In this document: piece by piece, positions 45,513 to 55,643 of the stretch
Layout of the letters: every line of letters starts with the position of its first letter
How positions within the stretch are numbered: the first letter of the stretch is position 1
Position numbers and translations under genes: made by a program
Notes under the pieces: model-generated
What the model saw: the letters and a program-made list of their open reading frames with translations, nothing else
What the model was told of the DNA's origin: nothing
Database searches by the model: none
Assembly (NCBI GenBank): GCA_965116905.1
Contig: OZ220732.1
Location: 2,112,001 to 2,176,000, forward strand
Origin: Longimicrobiales bacterium
GTDB lineage: Bacteria; Gemmatimonadota; Gemmatimonadetes; Longimicrobiales; Gaopeijiaceae
DNA: 64,000 nucleotides
Direction: 5' to 3'

Positions 45513-47077
45513 CCTCCGAATCGGCCTCCCAGCCGTCGCTGCCGGAAGGCGTCGGGGGGATGCTGGAGGACCTCCGCGCGGCGTCCGGGCTGGAGATCCG
45601 GGTCTGGCACGCGGGCGGCGGCGACCTGGTGCCCGTGTTCCCCCCGGGCGCCAGCGGACCTCCTGCGCCTGCGGGGCGCCGCTTCCGCGTGACGCCGGCC
45701 GGTGGACCGCCTCTTGAGGTGCAGGTCGAGGCACAGGACTCCGCAGGTGCGATCGTGGAGGTTGTCCGCGCGGCGCTGGAACGCGCCTGCGAGCTGGCCG
45801 GACGAGTCGCCGCCCGCGAAGTACAGCTGTCGGAGCGCCGGGACGAGATCGGGCTCCTCTTCTCGATCAGCGAGACCCTGGCGTCGGTCCTCGATCTGCA
45901 GGATGCCGCCGAGCGCATCCTCCAGGAGGGCGTGGGCGTGCTGGGTGCGGAAAAGGGATCGCTGTGGGTCTACAGCGCGGAGGACGACCTGCTGCGTCTG
46001 GCCGCCTCGGTCGGCGGGGACGACGCGCGCGAGTGGATCCCGGTCCGGGACGATGCCTCGGTCACGGCGCGCACGTTCCGGTTGGCCAGGCCGGTGACGG
46101 AGGAAGTTCGTGCGCAGCCCGGAATCGAGAGCGATGGGGAAGGGGCCGGCGAGAAGGATGTCCGGCTGGCCGTCCCGATTCGATATGCTCCGGCTTCGGG
46201 CCCGGCGCGCACGATCGGGGTTCTCGAGCTGATGGGCAGCCGGAACCACTCGCGGTCCGCACCCGGCGACCGCAGGGTCCTGGTGGCGGTCGCCAACCAG
46301 ATCGGGGCCGCCCTGGAGATGCATCGCCTGCTTCGCGAAAACATGGCCCGCGGGCGGGTCGCGCGGGAGATGGAGCTCGCCCACGATCTGCAGATGAAGC
46401 TGCTCCCCTCGATCCCGACGATTCCGGGAATCGAGGCTGCCGCGCGGGTCTTTCCGACCGAGGCGGTCGCGGGTGACTTCTACCAGATCATTCCGCTGTC
46501 CGAGGGACGCATCGGCGTCATGATCGGCGACGTTTCGGGACACGGCTTTCCGGCCGCGCTGATCATGGCTCTGGTAATGAGTGCCGCGGCGATCTATGCC
46601 GAGCAGGGCGCGGCTCCCGCCAAGGTGCTCGAGTACGTGGACCGCGCGATCGGCGACGAGCTGGAGTCCACCGAGATGTATCTGTCCCTCTGCTACTGCG
46701 TCCTTTCCCCGCACGAGGCCGCCATCGCCTACTCGAACGCGGGCCACCCGCACGCCTTCGTCGTGAGTCCGGACGGAAGACACCAGCGCCTGTTCGCGAC
46801 GGATCCCCCCATGGGCACCGACAGCCCCCCCTACGGCGAGGCGACGGTGAAATGGTCGCGCGGAGAGGACCTGCTTCTCCTCTTCACGGACGGGTTGTCG
46901 GATACACTCGCGCGCATGCGGCGCCAGAGCGGCGAGGAGCTTGTGCTCGCAACCGTCGTGGCCCACGCGGCGCGCCCCGCAGCGGAAATCCTCAGGCACC
47001 TCTTCGAGATGTCGGCCCAGGCGATCCCGAGCATGCCGGCCGACGACCGGACCGCGATCATTCTTCGCGCCCGCTAG
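45509..47077 (+). CDS. GAF + PP2C/SpoIIE phosphatase (RsbU-like)
   Basis: GAF region, AGDFY, IGDVSGHG, NAGHP, FTDGL, DDRT. Confidence 0.9.
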   Translation: MTSESASQPSLPEGVGGMLEDLRAASGLEIRVWHAGGGDLVPVFPPGASGPPAPAGRRFRVTPAGGPPLEVQVEAQDSAGAIVEVVRAALERACELAGRVAAREVQLSERRDEIGLLFSISETLASVLDLQDAAERILQEGVGVLGAEKGSLWVYSAEDDLLRLAASVGGDDAREWIPVRDDASVTARTFRLARPVTEEVRAQPGIESDGEGAGEKDVRLAVPIRYAPASGPARTIGVLELMGSRNHSRSAPGDRRVLVAVANQIGAALEMHRLLRENMARGRVAREMELAHDLQMKLLPSIPTIPGIEAAARVFPTEAVAGDFYQIIPLSEGRIGVMIGDVSGHGFPAALIMALVMSAAAIYAEQGAAPAKVLEYVDRAIGDELESTEMYLSLCYCVLSPHEAAIAYSNAGHPHAFVVSPDGRHQRLFATDPPMGTDSPPYGEATVKWSRGEDLLLLFTDGLSDTLARMRRQSGEELVLATVVAHAARPAAEILRHLFEMSAQAIPSMPADDRTAIILRAR

Positions 47078-47096
47078 GGACACGACGGCCAGGCCG

Positions 47097-47900
47097 ATGG
47101 GTTCCGGACGTCCGAAGCGCTCGCTGGGCCAGAACTTCCTCGTCGATCCCAATCTCCAGCGCAAGATCGTCGCGGCGGTCGGCGCCGGCGAGGACGAACC
47201 GGTCGTGGAGATCGGTCCGGGGAGGGGCGCTCTCACCGAGCACCTCGTGGGGAGGCAGGTCAGGCTGACGGCGGTCGAACTCGATGACGAACTCGCCGCG
47301 GCCCTGGCGCGGCGCCACGAAGACAACCCCCTCGTGACGGTGGTGCACGGAGACATCCTGTCGCTGGAGCTTCCGGCGTTCGCCCCCGAGTGGGCGCGCA
47401 CCGTCGTCGTCGGCAACATTCCGTACAACATCACCACGCCGATCGTCTTCAGGCTGCTCCGCCTTCCCTATCCGGCCGATATCGTCCTGACGGTGCAGGC
47501 GGAGGTCGCGGCCCGGATGCTCGCGGGTCCGGGCAGCCGAACCTACGGCGCGCTCTCCGTGGGCGTCAGCATTCACGCGACCCCTACCCGGATATGCAAG
47601 GTGCCGCGAACCGCCTTTCGGCCGGTGCCGAGGGTCGACAGCGCTCTGGTGCGGCTCACGCCCCACGCGCCGCCGCGTCTGACCGCGGACCAGGCGGACC
47701 AGGTCCGTGTGCTCACGCGCGCGGCTTTTTCCTGGCGCCGCAAGCAGCTGGGGACGATTTTGTCCCGGCACCCCGACCTCCGGATTCCGCGCGCGGCGGT
47801 TCACGACCTGTTGGGCGAGCGGCGACTGTCGCCCAAGATGCGCCCGGAGCAGCTGTCGCCCGAAGAGTTCGTGGAGCTGGGCGTGGCGCTGTCCGCTTGA
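47097..47900 (+). CDS. rsmA: 16S rRNA dimethyladenosine transferase KsgA
   Basis: LGQNFL, EIGPGRG, GNIPYNITT, FRPVPRVDS. Confidence 0.96.
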   Translation: MGSGRPKRSLGQNFLVDPNLQRKIVAAVGAGEDEPVVEIGPGRGALTEHLVGRQVRLTAVELDDELAAALARRHEDNPLVTVVHGDILSLELPAFAPEWARTVVVGNIPYNITTPIVFRLLRLPYPADIVLTVQAEVAARMLAGPGSRTYGALSVGVSIHATPTRICKVPRTAFRPVPRVDSALVRLTPHAPPRLTADQADQVRVLTRAAFSWRRKQLGTILSRHPDLRIPRAAVHDLLGERRLSPKMRPEQLSPEEFVELGVALSA

Positions 47901-47924
47901 CAGGCCGCGCATCCTTGTCAGGTT
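47897..47924 (+). promoter_or_regulatory. Putative rex promoter
   Basis: Consensus TTGACA at 47897-47902, then TGT-CAGGTT (extended -10-like) ending 6 nt before the GTG. Confidence 0.5.
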
Positions 47925-47928
47925 CAGC

Positions 47929-47946
47929 TTGTGAACGATTTCACAA
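47929..47946. promoter_or_regulatory. Rex operator TTGTGAA-CGAT-TTCACAA
   Basis: Exact match to the established Rex consensus TTGTGAA-N4-TTCACAA; overlaps the rex start codon. Confidence 0.88.
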
Positions 47947-48569
47947 AGAGGATCCCGGACGCGACGGTTCGACGCCTGTCCCTCTACCTTCGCTTTCTGG
48001 AGGACTTCGGACGCTCGGGCGTCACGAGTGTCGCCAGCGGGGCGCTGGCGGAGCGCAGCGGGGCCACGGCCGCGCAGGTGCGCAAGGATCTCTCCTACCT
48101 CGGGTCCTTCGGGAAACGCGGACTCGGCTACTCGGTTGCGGAGCTCACCCGCGTGCTTCGCACGGTTCTGGGCCTCGATTCGGTCTGGCGCGTCGCCCTG
48201 CTCGGTGCCGGACGGATCGGCACCGCCCTGTTCGAATACGAGCCCTTTCGCGCCCGGGGCTTCAACATCACGACGGTGATCGACAACGATCCCCGCAAGG
48301 TGGGATCGTGCCTGGGCGACATCCGGATCCGGGGTGAGGACGAGCTCGAGTGCGCGTTGCGCGACGACGCGATCGACCTCGTGATCGTGGCGGTCCCGGC
48401 CCCCGTGGCCCAGGCGCTCGTCGACCGCGTGGTGGCGGTGGGGATCAAGGCGATCCTCAACTACGCGCCGACCCAGCTGCGCCTCCCGGGCGATGTGGCG
48501 CTTCGCCACGTGAGCATGCTCGTCGAGCTGGAGAGCCTGTCACACGCACTGGCCCGCCGGACGGAATGA
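47931..48569 (+). CDS. rex: Redox-sensing transcriptional repressor Rex
   Basis: IPDATVRRLSLY, QVRKDLSYLG.FG.RG.GY, GAGRIG Rossmann, ILNYAP. Confidence 0.96.
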   Translation: MNDFTKRIPDATVRRLSLYLRFLEDFGRSGVTSVASGALAERSGATAAQVRKDLSYLGSFGKRGLGYSVAELTRVLRTVLGLDSVWRVALLGAGRIGTALFEYEPFRARGFNITTVIDNDPRKVGSCLGDIRIRGEDELECALRDDAIDLVIVAVPAPVAQALVDRVVAVGIKAILNYAPTQLRLPGDVALRHVSMLVELESLSHALARRTE

Positions 48570-49453
48570 CCGGCGCGCCCCGGTCCCGCACGCTGCTGCA
48601 GAGTGCCTGGGCGGAGTTGCGGCGGGGTCCCGTGCCCACCGCCGAACTGGCGCGCAGCGTGCTGGGCCTGGACGGCCATCCCGGAGCCGCATCGGCCGCG
48701 GTGTTCGCGCTCCTGGGCGGCGACGAGCGGTTCGTGGTCGATGGCGAGGGCGTCTGGAGCCTGCGCGAGGGTGCGCGGCGGCCGGGCTCGCCCCTGTCCA
48801 GGCTTTGCTACGCGGTCGTGGACGTGGAGACCACCGGAGGGCGTCACGAATCTGGACACCGCATCACGGAGGTGGCCATCGTCGAGGTGAGGGGCGGCGG
48901 GATTGTCGACGAATTCCAGACCCTGGTGAACCCGGGACGCTCGATGCCGCGCTACACCGCCGCCCTCACGGGGATCACCGACCGCATGCTCGCCGGCGCC
49001 CCGGCCTTCGACGAGGTCGCCGAAGAGGTCTTCCGGCGCGTCGCGGGGCGCGTCTTCGTGGCTCACAACGCCGGATTCGACTGGGGATGGCTGCGCGCGC
49101 AGCTGGGCGACGCGCTCGGCGATGTTCCCGAGGTGGACCGCCTCTGCACGATCAGCCTGACCCGCCGGCTGGTTCCGGAGCTGCGTCGCCGCAACCTCGA
49201 CGCCCTGACGGACTTTTTCGACGTCCCCATACACCAGCGCCACCGCGCGCACGGCGACGCGCTGGCAACGGCACGCGTCCTGATCAGGCTCCTCGACCGC
49301 GCCGAGCAGCTCGGCATAGGAGACCTCCGCTCGCTGAAGCGCTACCGTCCGCCGCGGGGCGCGCGCACGCAGGGCGATCTGTTCGCCCACCCGCCGCGCC
49401 GCCGGCGGGGATCGGCACGAACGGGTGCTTCGGGGCGCCGGGTCCTGCTATAA
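48566..49453 (+). CDS. DnaQ/DEDDh 3'-5' exonuclease with N-terminal extension
   Basis: VVDVETTG (ExoI), VAHNAGFD (ExoII), HRAHGDA (ExoIII). Confidence 0.88.
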   Translation: MTGAPRSRTLLQSAWAELRRGPVPTAELARSVLGLDGHPGAASAAVFALLGGDERFVVDGEGVWSLREGARRPGSPLSRLCYAVVDVETTGGRHESGHRITEVAIVEVRGGGIVDEFQTLVNPGRSMPRYTAALTGITDRMLAGAPAFDEVAEEVFRRVAGRVFVAHNAGFDWGWLRAQLGDALGDVPEVDRLCTISLTRRLVPELRRRNLDALTDFFDVPIHQRHRAHGDALATARVLIRLLDRAEQLGIGDLRSLKRYRPPRGARTQGDLFAHPPRRRRGSARTGASGRRVLL

Positions 49454-49454
49454 T
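49446..49454 (+). promoter_or_regulatory. Extended -10 promoter (TGCTATAAT) upstream of the thiolase cluster
   Basis: Perfect TGn-TATAAT overlapping the exonuclease TAA stop; rare in this GC background. Confidence 0.55.
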
Positions 49455-49572
49455 TGAGGGCCCGGGAGCCTTCTCCGGCCTTGCGACGGGGATCTTCCGC
49501 GGCGATTGCGCGACAGCTTCACGGGCCGGACGCCGGTCCGCACGTTCCCACCGACGACCAGGGCATCTCGAT

Positions 49573-50784
49573 TTGGCCGACGCGGCCCATACACCCGTCA
49601 TTCTCGATGGCGTCCGTACTCCGATCGGGAGGTTTCTCGGAGGACTGAGTCCGCTTGCCGGGCCTGAACTCGGTGCCGTCGCCGTGCGTGAAGCCGTCGA
49701 ACGGGCGGGCATCGACAAGTCGGACGTCGACGAGGTGATCCTGGGCAACGTCGTGAGCGCGGGCTCGGGACAGGCACCGGCCCGGCAGGCGGCGGTGCGC
49801 GGCGGCATCCCCGCGACCGTCCCCGCGGTGACCGTGAACAAGGTGTGCGGATCGGGACTCAAGGCCGTGATGCTGGCCGCGCAGGCCGTCAAGGCCGGCG
49901 ACGCGAGGCTGGTGGTGGCCGGAGGCTTCGAGTCCATGTCCAACGTGCCGTACTACCTCCGGGGGATGCGCGGCGGGGTGAAGTTCGGCGACCGCACCGT
50001 ACAGGACGGACTCGTGTACGACGGGCTGTGGTGTGCCTTCGACCGGTGCCACATGGGCGGTCACGCCGAATACACGGCCGCGAAGGCGGGCATCGGACGC
50101 AGCGAGGCGGATGCCTACTCGGTCGCTTCGCACCGGAAGGCGGTGGCCGCGATCGACGACGGCGGGTTCGTCTCCGAGATCGTCCCGGTTCCGGTGGAGA
50201 CGCGCCGTGGAACGGCGATGGTGGACACCGACGAGAGTCCGCGCCGCGACACGTCCCTGGAGGCCCTCGGCCGCCTGCGCCCCGCGTTCCGGTCCGACGC
50301 CCCGGCGGGGCTGGACGACCTGGTCGTTACGGCGGGAAACGCGCCCGGACTGAACGACGGCGCCTCGGCGCTGGTGGTGGCCAGCCAGGAGTACGCGGCC
50401 GCCAACGGGCTGCCCTACCGCGCCGTCATCACCGGCTATGCGGCGGGCGGGACGGAGCCGCGCGACCTGTTCTTCGCCCCGGTCGTGGCGGTGCGGAAGC
50501 TGATGAGGCAGGACCGCGCCGAAATCGGGGACTACGGCCTGGTCGAGATGAACGAAGCCTTCGCTGTGCAAGCCATCGCGGACATGCGCGAGCTCGCGAT
50601 CGATCCCGAGCGGCTGAACGTGCGCGGCGGAGCCGTGGCCCTGGGTCATCCGATCGGGGCTTCGGGCGCGCGCATTCTTGTCACACTGCTGGCGAACATG
50701 GCCGACCGTGATGTCGAGACCGGGCTTGCCACGCTTTGCCTGGGCGGCGGCAACGCTGTCGCCATGTCGATTCGAGCCAACTGA
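49573..50784 (+). CDS. Acetyl-CoA C-acetyltransferase (thiolase)
   Basis: RTPIG, NKVCGSG, NEAFA, GHPIGASG, CLGGG; TTG start inferred. Confidence 0.93.
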   Translation: MADAAHTPVILDGVRTPIGRFLGGLSPLAGPELGAVAVREAVERAGIDKSDVDEVILGNVVSAGSGQAPARQAAVRGGIPATVPAVTVNKVCGSGLKAVMLAAQAVKAGDARLVVAGGFESMSNVPYYLRGMRGGVKFGDRTVQDGLVYDGLWCAFDRCHMGGHAEYTAAKAGIGRSEADAYSVASHRKAVAAIDDGGFVSEIVPVPVETRRGTAMVDTDESPRRDTSLEALGRLRPAFRSDAPAGLDDLVVTAGNAPGLNDGASALVVASQEYAAANGLPYRAVITGYAAGGTEPRDLFFAPVVAVRKLMRQDRAEIGDYGLVEMNEAFAVQAIADMRELAIDPERLNVRGGAVALGHPIGASGARILVTLLANMADRDVETGLATLCLGGGNAVAMSIRAN

Positions 50785-50816
50785 TCCAAAGAACCAAGCC
50801 AAAGAGGAAACACCGC

Positions 50817-51431
50817 ATGATCCAGTCCGAAGCGACCAACAGCCCTGTGATCGCCGAGGCGAATCCGCGCGCCGCGGCCGTGCTTGCCGCCGTTCGCTCG
50901 TGGCCTCGGGCGGTCACGGTGCCGCTCGCGGTTCTCATCTTTGCGCTGCTCACGGCGCTCAGCGCTCGCGTGTCGGTGCCGCTCGGCGTCACCCCGGTGC
51001 CGATGACGCTGCAGACGCTGGTCGTGCTGCTTGCCGGAGCGCTCCTCGGGCCCGTCGCGGGCGCCGCTTCGCAGCTTGCCTATCTTGGTCTGGGAATCGC
51101 CGGAGTCCCCGTATTCGCGTTCGGTGGAGCCGGGCTCCCCTGGATCTTCGGCGCCACGGGGGGCTACCTCATGGCCTTCCCGATGGCCGCCACGCTGACG
51201 GGCTGGATCGCCGGACAGGGGCGTGAGAAGGGGCGGACGCTGAGCGCGCTGCTCGCAGGCACGGTGATCATCTTCGCGCTGGGCTCGGCGTGGCTCGCGG
51301 TCGTCACCAACATGGACGCCCGAGCGGTCTTCACGGCCGGGGTCCAGCCGTTCCTTCCCGGCGCCGCGATCAAGATCGCCATTGCCTTCGTCGTCATTCG
51401 GCAGGCGATGACCCGGGGTCTGTTGCGCTGA
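50817..51431 (+). CDS. bioY: Biotin transporter BioY
   Basis: PVPMTLQT, GVPVFA, TGGYL, PFLPG; multiple TM helices. Confidence 0.9.
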   Translation: MIQSEATNSPVIAEANPRAAAVLAAVRSWPRAVTVPLAVLIFALLTALSARVSVPLGVTPVPMTLQTLVVLLAGALLGPVAGAASQLAYLGLGIAGVPVFAFGGAGLPWIFGATGGYLMAFPMAATLTGWIAGQGREKGRTLSALLAGTVIIFALGSAWLAVVTNMDARAVFTAGVQPFLPGAAIKIAIAFVVIRQAMTRGLLR

Positions 51432-51436
51432 AGCCG

Positions 51437-52291
51437 ATGCCTCGTCTCCTGCCCGCGCGCAGTGAGGTCCTGCCCATCCTGATCCGGCTGGCCGTCTTCG
51501 CGGGGGTGTTCCTGGCGTTGCTGGCCGTCTTCGCGGGGTTCATCGGGGGCGGGAACGCGAGTCTCGCGGTAGAGGGGGCCACGCTGTTCATCGTTGCCCT
51601 GGCGGCAACCATGATCATGTTGCGTTTCGACGGCCGGCGTGGGCTCGACGTCGTAGGGTTGCCCTGGTCCGGGGCTGCGCGCGAGCTCGGATGGGGACTG
51701 CTTCTGGGAGTCGCCATTGTGGTCCCCGCGGTCTTGATCGCCGTGGGCGTCGGCGGATTGCGCTACGGTCCGGACGGCGGAACGTGGATCGAATACGGGG
51801 GCACCGGTGTCTGGACCGCACTGGTTCTGCTCGTCGCCGCCACGGGCGAGGAGATCCTGGTCCGCGGCTATCCGCTTCGCGTGCTGGTCGACCGCTGGGG
51901 CCGTGGCGCGGCCCTGGCGCTGACCTCACTGGTCTTTGCCGCCCTTCACGGGGCGAACCCCAACGTCGGGGCGCTCGCGCTGGCGAATATCCTCCTGGCC
52001 GCGCTGCTGCTGGGACTGATCTGCCTCAAGACGGCGAGCCTGTGGTGGGCGAGCGGCGTCCACATGGGCTGGAATCTGGCCACGGGGTTCCTTGCCGATC
52101 TGCCCGTCAGCGGGCTGACGATCGTGGACGCTCCGCTGATCGAGGTGACCCGCGCGGGCAATCCGCTGGTCACGGGTGGGGAATTCGGGCTGGAGGCCGG
52201 CCTGGCCGCCACCGTCGCGATGGTCATCGCCATCCTGGTTGTGGTGCGGACCGACATCCCGCGAGCGCGCTGGACGCGGTACGCCGCATGA
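51437..52291 (+). CDS. CPBP (CAAX/Abi) intramembrane metalloprotease
   Basis: EEILVRG, FAALH, HMGWN motifs, GGEFGLE. Confidence 0.88.
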   Translation: MPRLLPARSEVLPILIRLAVFAGVFLALLAVFAGFIGGGNASLAVEGATLFIVALAATMIMLRFDGRRGLDVVGLPWSGAARELGWGLLLGVAIVVPAVLIAVGVGGLRYGPDGGTWIEYGGTGVWTALVLLVAATGEEILVRGYPLRVLVDRWGRGAALALTSLVFAALHGANPNVGALALANILLAALLLGLICLKTASLWWASGVHMGWNLATGFLADLPVSGLTIVDAPLIEVTRAGNPLVTGGEFGLEAGLAATVAMVIAILVVVRTDIPRARWTRYAA

Positions 52292-53145
52292 GCATGCAGC
52301 GGATCGCGGTCATCGGGGCCGGCACGATGGGCAACGGCATCGCCCACGTCTGCGCGCTCGGGGGGCTCGATGTCACGCTCATCGACTCCGATGCGGGTGC
52401 CGTCGATCGCGCGGTCGCCACGATCGGCGTCAACCTTGCGCGGCAGGTCGCCAAGGGGAGGATCACCGAGTCCCGGCGTGCCGAGACGCTCGCGCGCGTC
52501 GCCTCCGGACAGCTCGAGGACGTGGCTCGGGCCGACCTGGTGATCGAGGCCGTGCCGGAGATCGCCCGGCTCAAGTACGAGATCTTCGCCGAGGTGGACC
52601 GGCTGGCGCCCGAGCGCGCGGTCCTGGCGTCGAACACCTCGTCGATCTCGATCACGGCCATGGCGGCCTGTACGGACCGTCCGGGACAGGTCATCGGGAT
52701 GCATTTCATGAACCCGGTCCCGATCATGCAGCTGGTCGAGGTCATCCGTGGGCTCAGGACCAGCGACGCGACCACCCGAAGCGTGATGGACCTGTCGCGC
52801 GCGCTGGGGAAGACGCCCGTCGAGGTGAGGGATTTCCCCGGCTTCGTTTCCAACCGGATCCTCGCTCCGATGATCAACGAGGCCGTCTTCGCGCTCATGG
52901 AGGGGGTCGCCGAGGCGGAGGCGATCGACACGGTGATGAAGCTGGGCATGAACCACCCGATGGGCCCCCTGGCGCTCGCCGACCTGATCGGCCTCGACAC
53001 CTGTCTGAACATCCTGGAGGTCCTTCACCGCGAGCTGGGTGACGATCGCTACCGCCCCTGTCCGCTGCTGCGCCAATACGTCGCCGCCGGGTGGCTGGGC
53101 CGGAAGACCGGCCGGGGCTTTCATCGCTACGAAGGGAACGCCTGA
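52288..53145 (+). CDS. hbd: 3-hydroxybutyryl-CoA dehydrogenase
   Basis: GAGTMGNGIA, ASNTSS, GMHFMNP, HPMGPL.LAD.IGLD, GRKTGRGF. Confidence 0.93.
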   Translation: MSMQRIAVIGAGTMGNGIAHVCALGGLDVTLIDSDAGAVDRAVATIGVNLARQVAKGRITESRRAETLARVASGQLEDVARADLVIEAVPEIARLKYEIFAEVDRLAPERAVLASNTSSISITAMAACTDRPGQVIGMHFMNPVPIMQLVEVIRGLRTSDATTRSVMDLSRALGKTPVEVRDFPGFVSNRILAPMINEAVFALMEGVAEAEAIDTVMKLGMNHPMGPLALADLIGLDTCLNILEVLHRELGDDRYRPCPLLRQYVAAGWLGRKTGRGFHRYEGNA

Positions 53146-54330
53146 GTGCTGACCGCCGAGCAGCGGGAGATTCGCCAGCTTGCCCGCGACTTTGCCGAGG
53201 GAGAGATCATTCCGCACGCGGCCGTGTGGGACCGCGAGGGTGTGTTCGACAGGGAGGTTCTCGACAAGCTCGCCGACCTGGGCTTCCTGGGGATGCTGGT
53301 GCCGCCCGAGTACGGCGGTCTGGGATTCGATGTCCCCACGTACCTGGTCGCCCTCGAAGAGATCGCGCGGGGCGATGCCGCGCTGGCGCTCACGGTGGCC
53401 ATTCAGAACGCCCCCGTGCCCTACATCATTCTGACCCACGGCACCGAGGAGCAGAAGTCCCGCTGGCTTCCGGCGCTGGCCGCGGGAGAAAAGATCGCCG
53501 GCTTCGCGCTGTCGGAGGCGGGGGCGGGGAGCGATCCGGCGGCCATGGAGACCCGCGCCCGGCCGCACGACGCCGGCTGGACGTTGACGGGCACCAAGAG
53601 ATGGGTGACGAACGGTTCCCGCGCGGACCTGGTCGTGGCCTTCGCCCGTACGGACCGGGGCACGGGCCGGGGCACGGGCCGCAGCGCCGGCTCGAAGACG
53701 CCCATCGGTGCGTTTCTGCTGGACACCGCTGCCGAGGGCTACAAGGCGGGCCGGCGGGAAACGACCATGGGACTGCGCGCGTCCGAGACGGTCTGGGTTG
53801 ATCTCGACGGCGTCCGGGTGACGGACGATCGACTCGTTGGCGATCGCGGAAGCGGCCTCAAGTACGCGCTCGGCGCGCTCGATCTGGGCCGGCTGGGGAT
53901 CGCGGCACAGGCGGTCGGGATCGCCCAGGCGGCGCTGGAGCACGCCACGCGGTACGCGACGGAGCGGCGGCAGTTCGGCCGCTCCATCGCGAGCTTCGGT
54001 GCGGTGCGCAGCAAGCTGGCGGTGATGGCGACCAGAGTCGCCGCGTCGCGCGCGCTGTTCATGGAGGGCGCGGCAGCCTGGGAAGAGCGCGACCGACTCG
54101 CCGACGGCGGCCCCCCGGTGACGGCCCGCTCGGCGATGGCCAAGCTGTTCGCCAGCGAGACCGCGGGCTGGGTTACCGAAGAGGCGGTGCGTATCTTCGG
54201 CGGCTACGGTTTCATGCGGGAGTTTCCGGTGGAAAGACTCATGAGAGACGCCAAGGGCACCGAGATCTACGAGGGCACGAGCGAAATCCTCCGCCTGGTG
54301 ATCGGCCGCTCTCTGACGGACGGGAGATAG
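53146..54330 (+). CDS. Acyl-CoA dehydrogenase (short-chain/butyryl-CoA type)
   Basis: [29 protein letters not shown]. Confidence 0.92.
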   Translation: MLTAEQREIRQLARDFAEGEIIPHAAVWDREGVFDREVLDKLADLGFLGMLVPPEYGGLGFDVPTYLVALEEIARGDAALALTVAIQNAPVPYIILTHGTEEQKSRWLPALAAGEKIAGFALSEAGAGSDPAAMETRARPHDAGWTLTGTKRWVTNGSRADLVVAFARTDRGTGRGTGRSAGSKTPIGAFLLDTAAEGYKAGRRETTMGLRASETVWVDLDGVRVTDDRLVGDRGSGLKYALGALDLGRLGIAAQAVGIAQAALEHATRYATERRQFGRSIASFGAVRSKLAVMATRVAASRALFMEGAAAWEERDRLADGGPPVTARSAMAKLFASETAGWVTEEAVRIFGGYGFMREFPVERLMRDAKGTEIYEGTSEILRLVIGRSLTDGR

Positions 54331-54338
54331 CTGGCGGG

Positions 54339-55622
54339 ATGCCGAAGGACACCGAAGGGCGCGAGCGGATGGAAAACCTCGAGCGCGCGGATCCCATCGT
54401 CCACGGCGCCGTGCTCGCCGAGGGGGCGCGTCAGAAGGCGCAGCTGGAAATGATCGCGAGCGAGAACTTCGTTTCGCCGGCGGTCCGCGAAGCGCTCGGC
54501 ACCGTCTTCACCCACAAGTACGCGGAGGGGCTGCCGGGCAGGCGGTACTACGGCGGATGCGAGTTCGCCGATCAGGTCGAGGACCTGGCCCGCTCGCGCG
54601 CCACGCAGCTCTTCCACGCCGACCACGCCAATGTGCAGCCCCACTCGGGAGCGCAGGCCAACATGGCCGCCTACTTCGCCTTCCTGAAGCCGGGCGACCG
54701 CATCCTCGGCATGAACCTGAGTCATGGCGGGCACCTTACCCACGGGTCCCCCGTCAACTTCAGCGGGCGCCTGTTCGAGGTGTCGGCCTACGGCGTGCGC
54801 TCCTCGGACGGACGCATCGACTATGACCAGGTGCGCGACACCGCCCTCAAGGTGCGTCCGAGACTGATCGTGACCGGCGCGTCGGCGTACCCGCGCACCA
54901 TCGACTTCGAGAAGTTCGGCGCGATCGCACGGGAAGTCGGCGCCTTTCACCTCGCCGATCTCGCTCACATCGCGGGTCTTGTAGCGGGGGGACACCATCC
55001 GAGTCCCGTCCCACACGCGGACGTCGTTTCCACCACGACCCACAAGACCCTGCGCGGCCCCCGCGGCGGACTCCTGCTGTGCCGCGAGGAGCACAAGGCC
55101 ACGATCGACCGCATGGTCTTCCCGTTCATTCAGGGTGGTCCCCTCATGCATGTGATCGCGTCGAAGGCGGTCGCGCTCGGGGAAGCGCTCTCCCCCGGGT
55201 TCGGGGACTACGGGCGGCGGGTCGTCGAAAACGCGCGCGCTCTGGCCGAGCATGTCATGGCGCGGGGCGTGCAACTCGTCTCCGGCGGCACGGACAACCA
55301 CCTCATCCTGGTGGACCTGCGGGACCGGGAACTCACGGGAAAGGACGCCGAACGGGCGCTGGAGCGTGCGGGAATCACGGTCAACAAGAACACGGTTCCG
55401 GGCGAAAAACGCTCCCCGTTCGTCACTTCGGGCCTGCGCATCGGCACACCGGCGCTCACGACCAGAGGGATGGGGCCCGCGGAGATGAAGACGATCGCAG
55501 ACTGGATCGCGGACATCCTCGACCGTCCCGCTGACGAATCGCTGATCGGCCGAATACGGCACGGGGCAGGCGACCTCTGCGCCGCCTTTCCGCTGTACAG
55601 GCATCTGGCGGGACCCGCATAA
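54339..55622 (+). CDS. glyA: Serine hydroxymethyltransferase
   Basis: [37 protein letters not shown]; start may be 54369. Confidence 0.97.
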   Translation: MPKDTEGRERMENLERADPIVHGAVLAEGARQKAQLEMIASENFVSPAVREALGTVFTHKYAEGLPGRRYYGGCEFADQVEDLARSRATQLFHADHANVQPHSGAQANMAAYFAFLKPGDRILGMNLSHGGHLTHGSPVNFSGRLFEVSAYGVRSSDGRIDYDQVRDTALKVRPRLIVTGASAYPRTIDFEKFGAIAREVGAFHLADLAHIAGLVAGGHHPSPVPHADVVSTTTHKTLRGPRGGLLLCREEHKATIDRMVFPFIQGGPLMHVIASKAVALGEALSPGFGDYGRRVVENARALAEHVMARGVQLVSGGTDNHLILVDLRDRELTGKDAERALERAGITVNKNTVPGEKRSPFVTSGLRIGTPALTTRGMGPAEMKTIADWIADILDRPADESLIGRIRHGAGDLCAAFPLYRHLAGPA

Positions 55623-55643
55623 GGGTGTAAAATTGCAGTTGTT

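Noticed and set aside
48805..49572. Long N-terminal extension of the thiolase ORF (659 aa in the track); similar extensions for tal, pyrD, dnaG, PP2C, hbd
   Set aside because: Overlaps upstream genes in another frame with Arg/Pro-rich junk; homology starts at the later start codons
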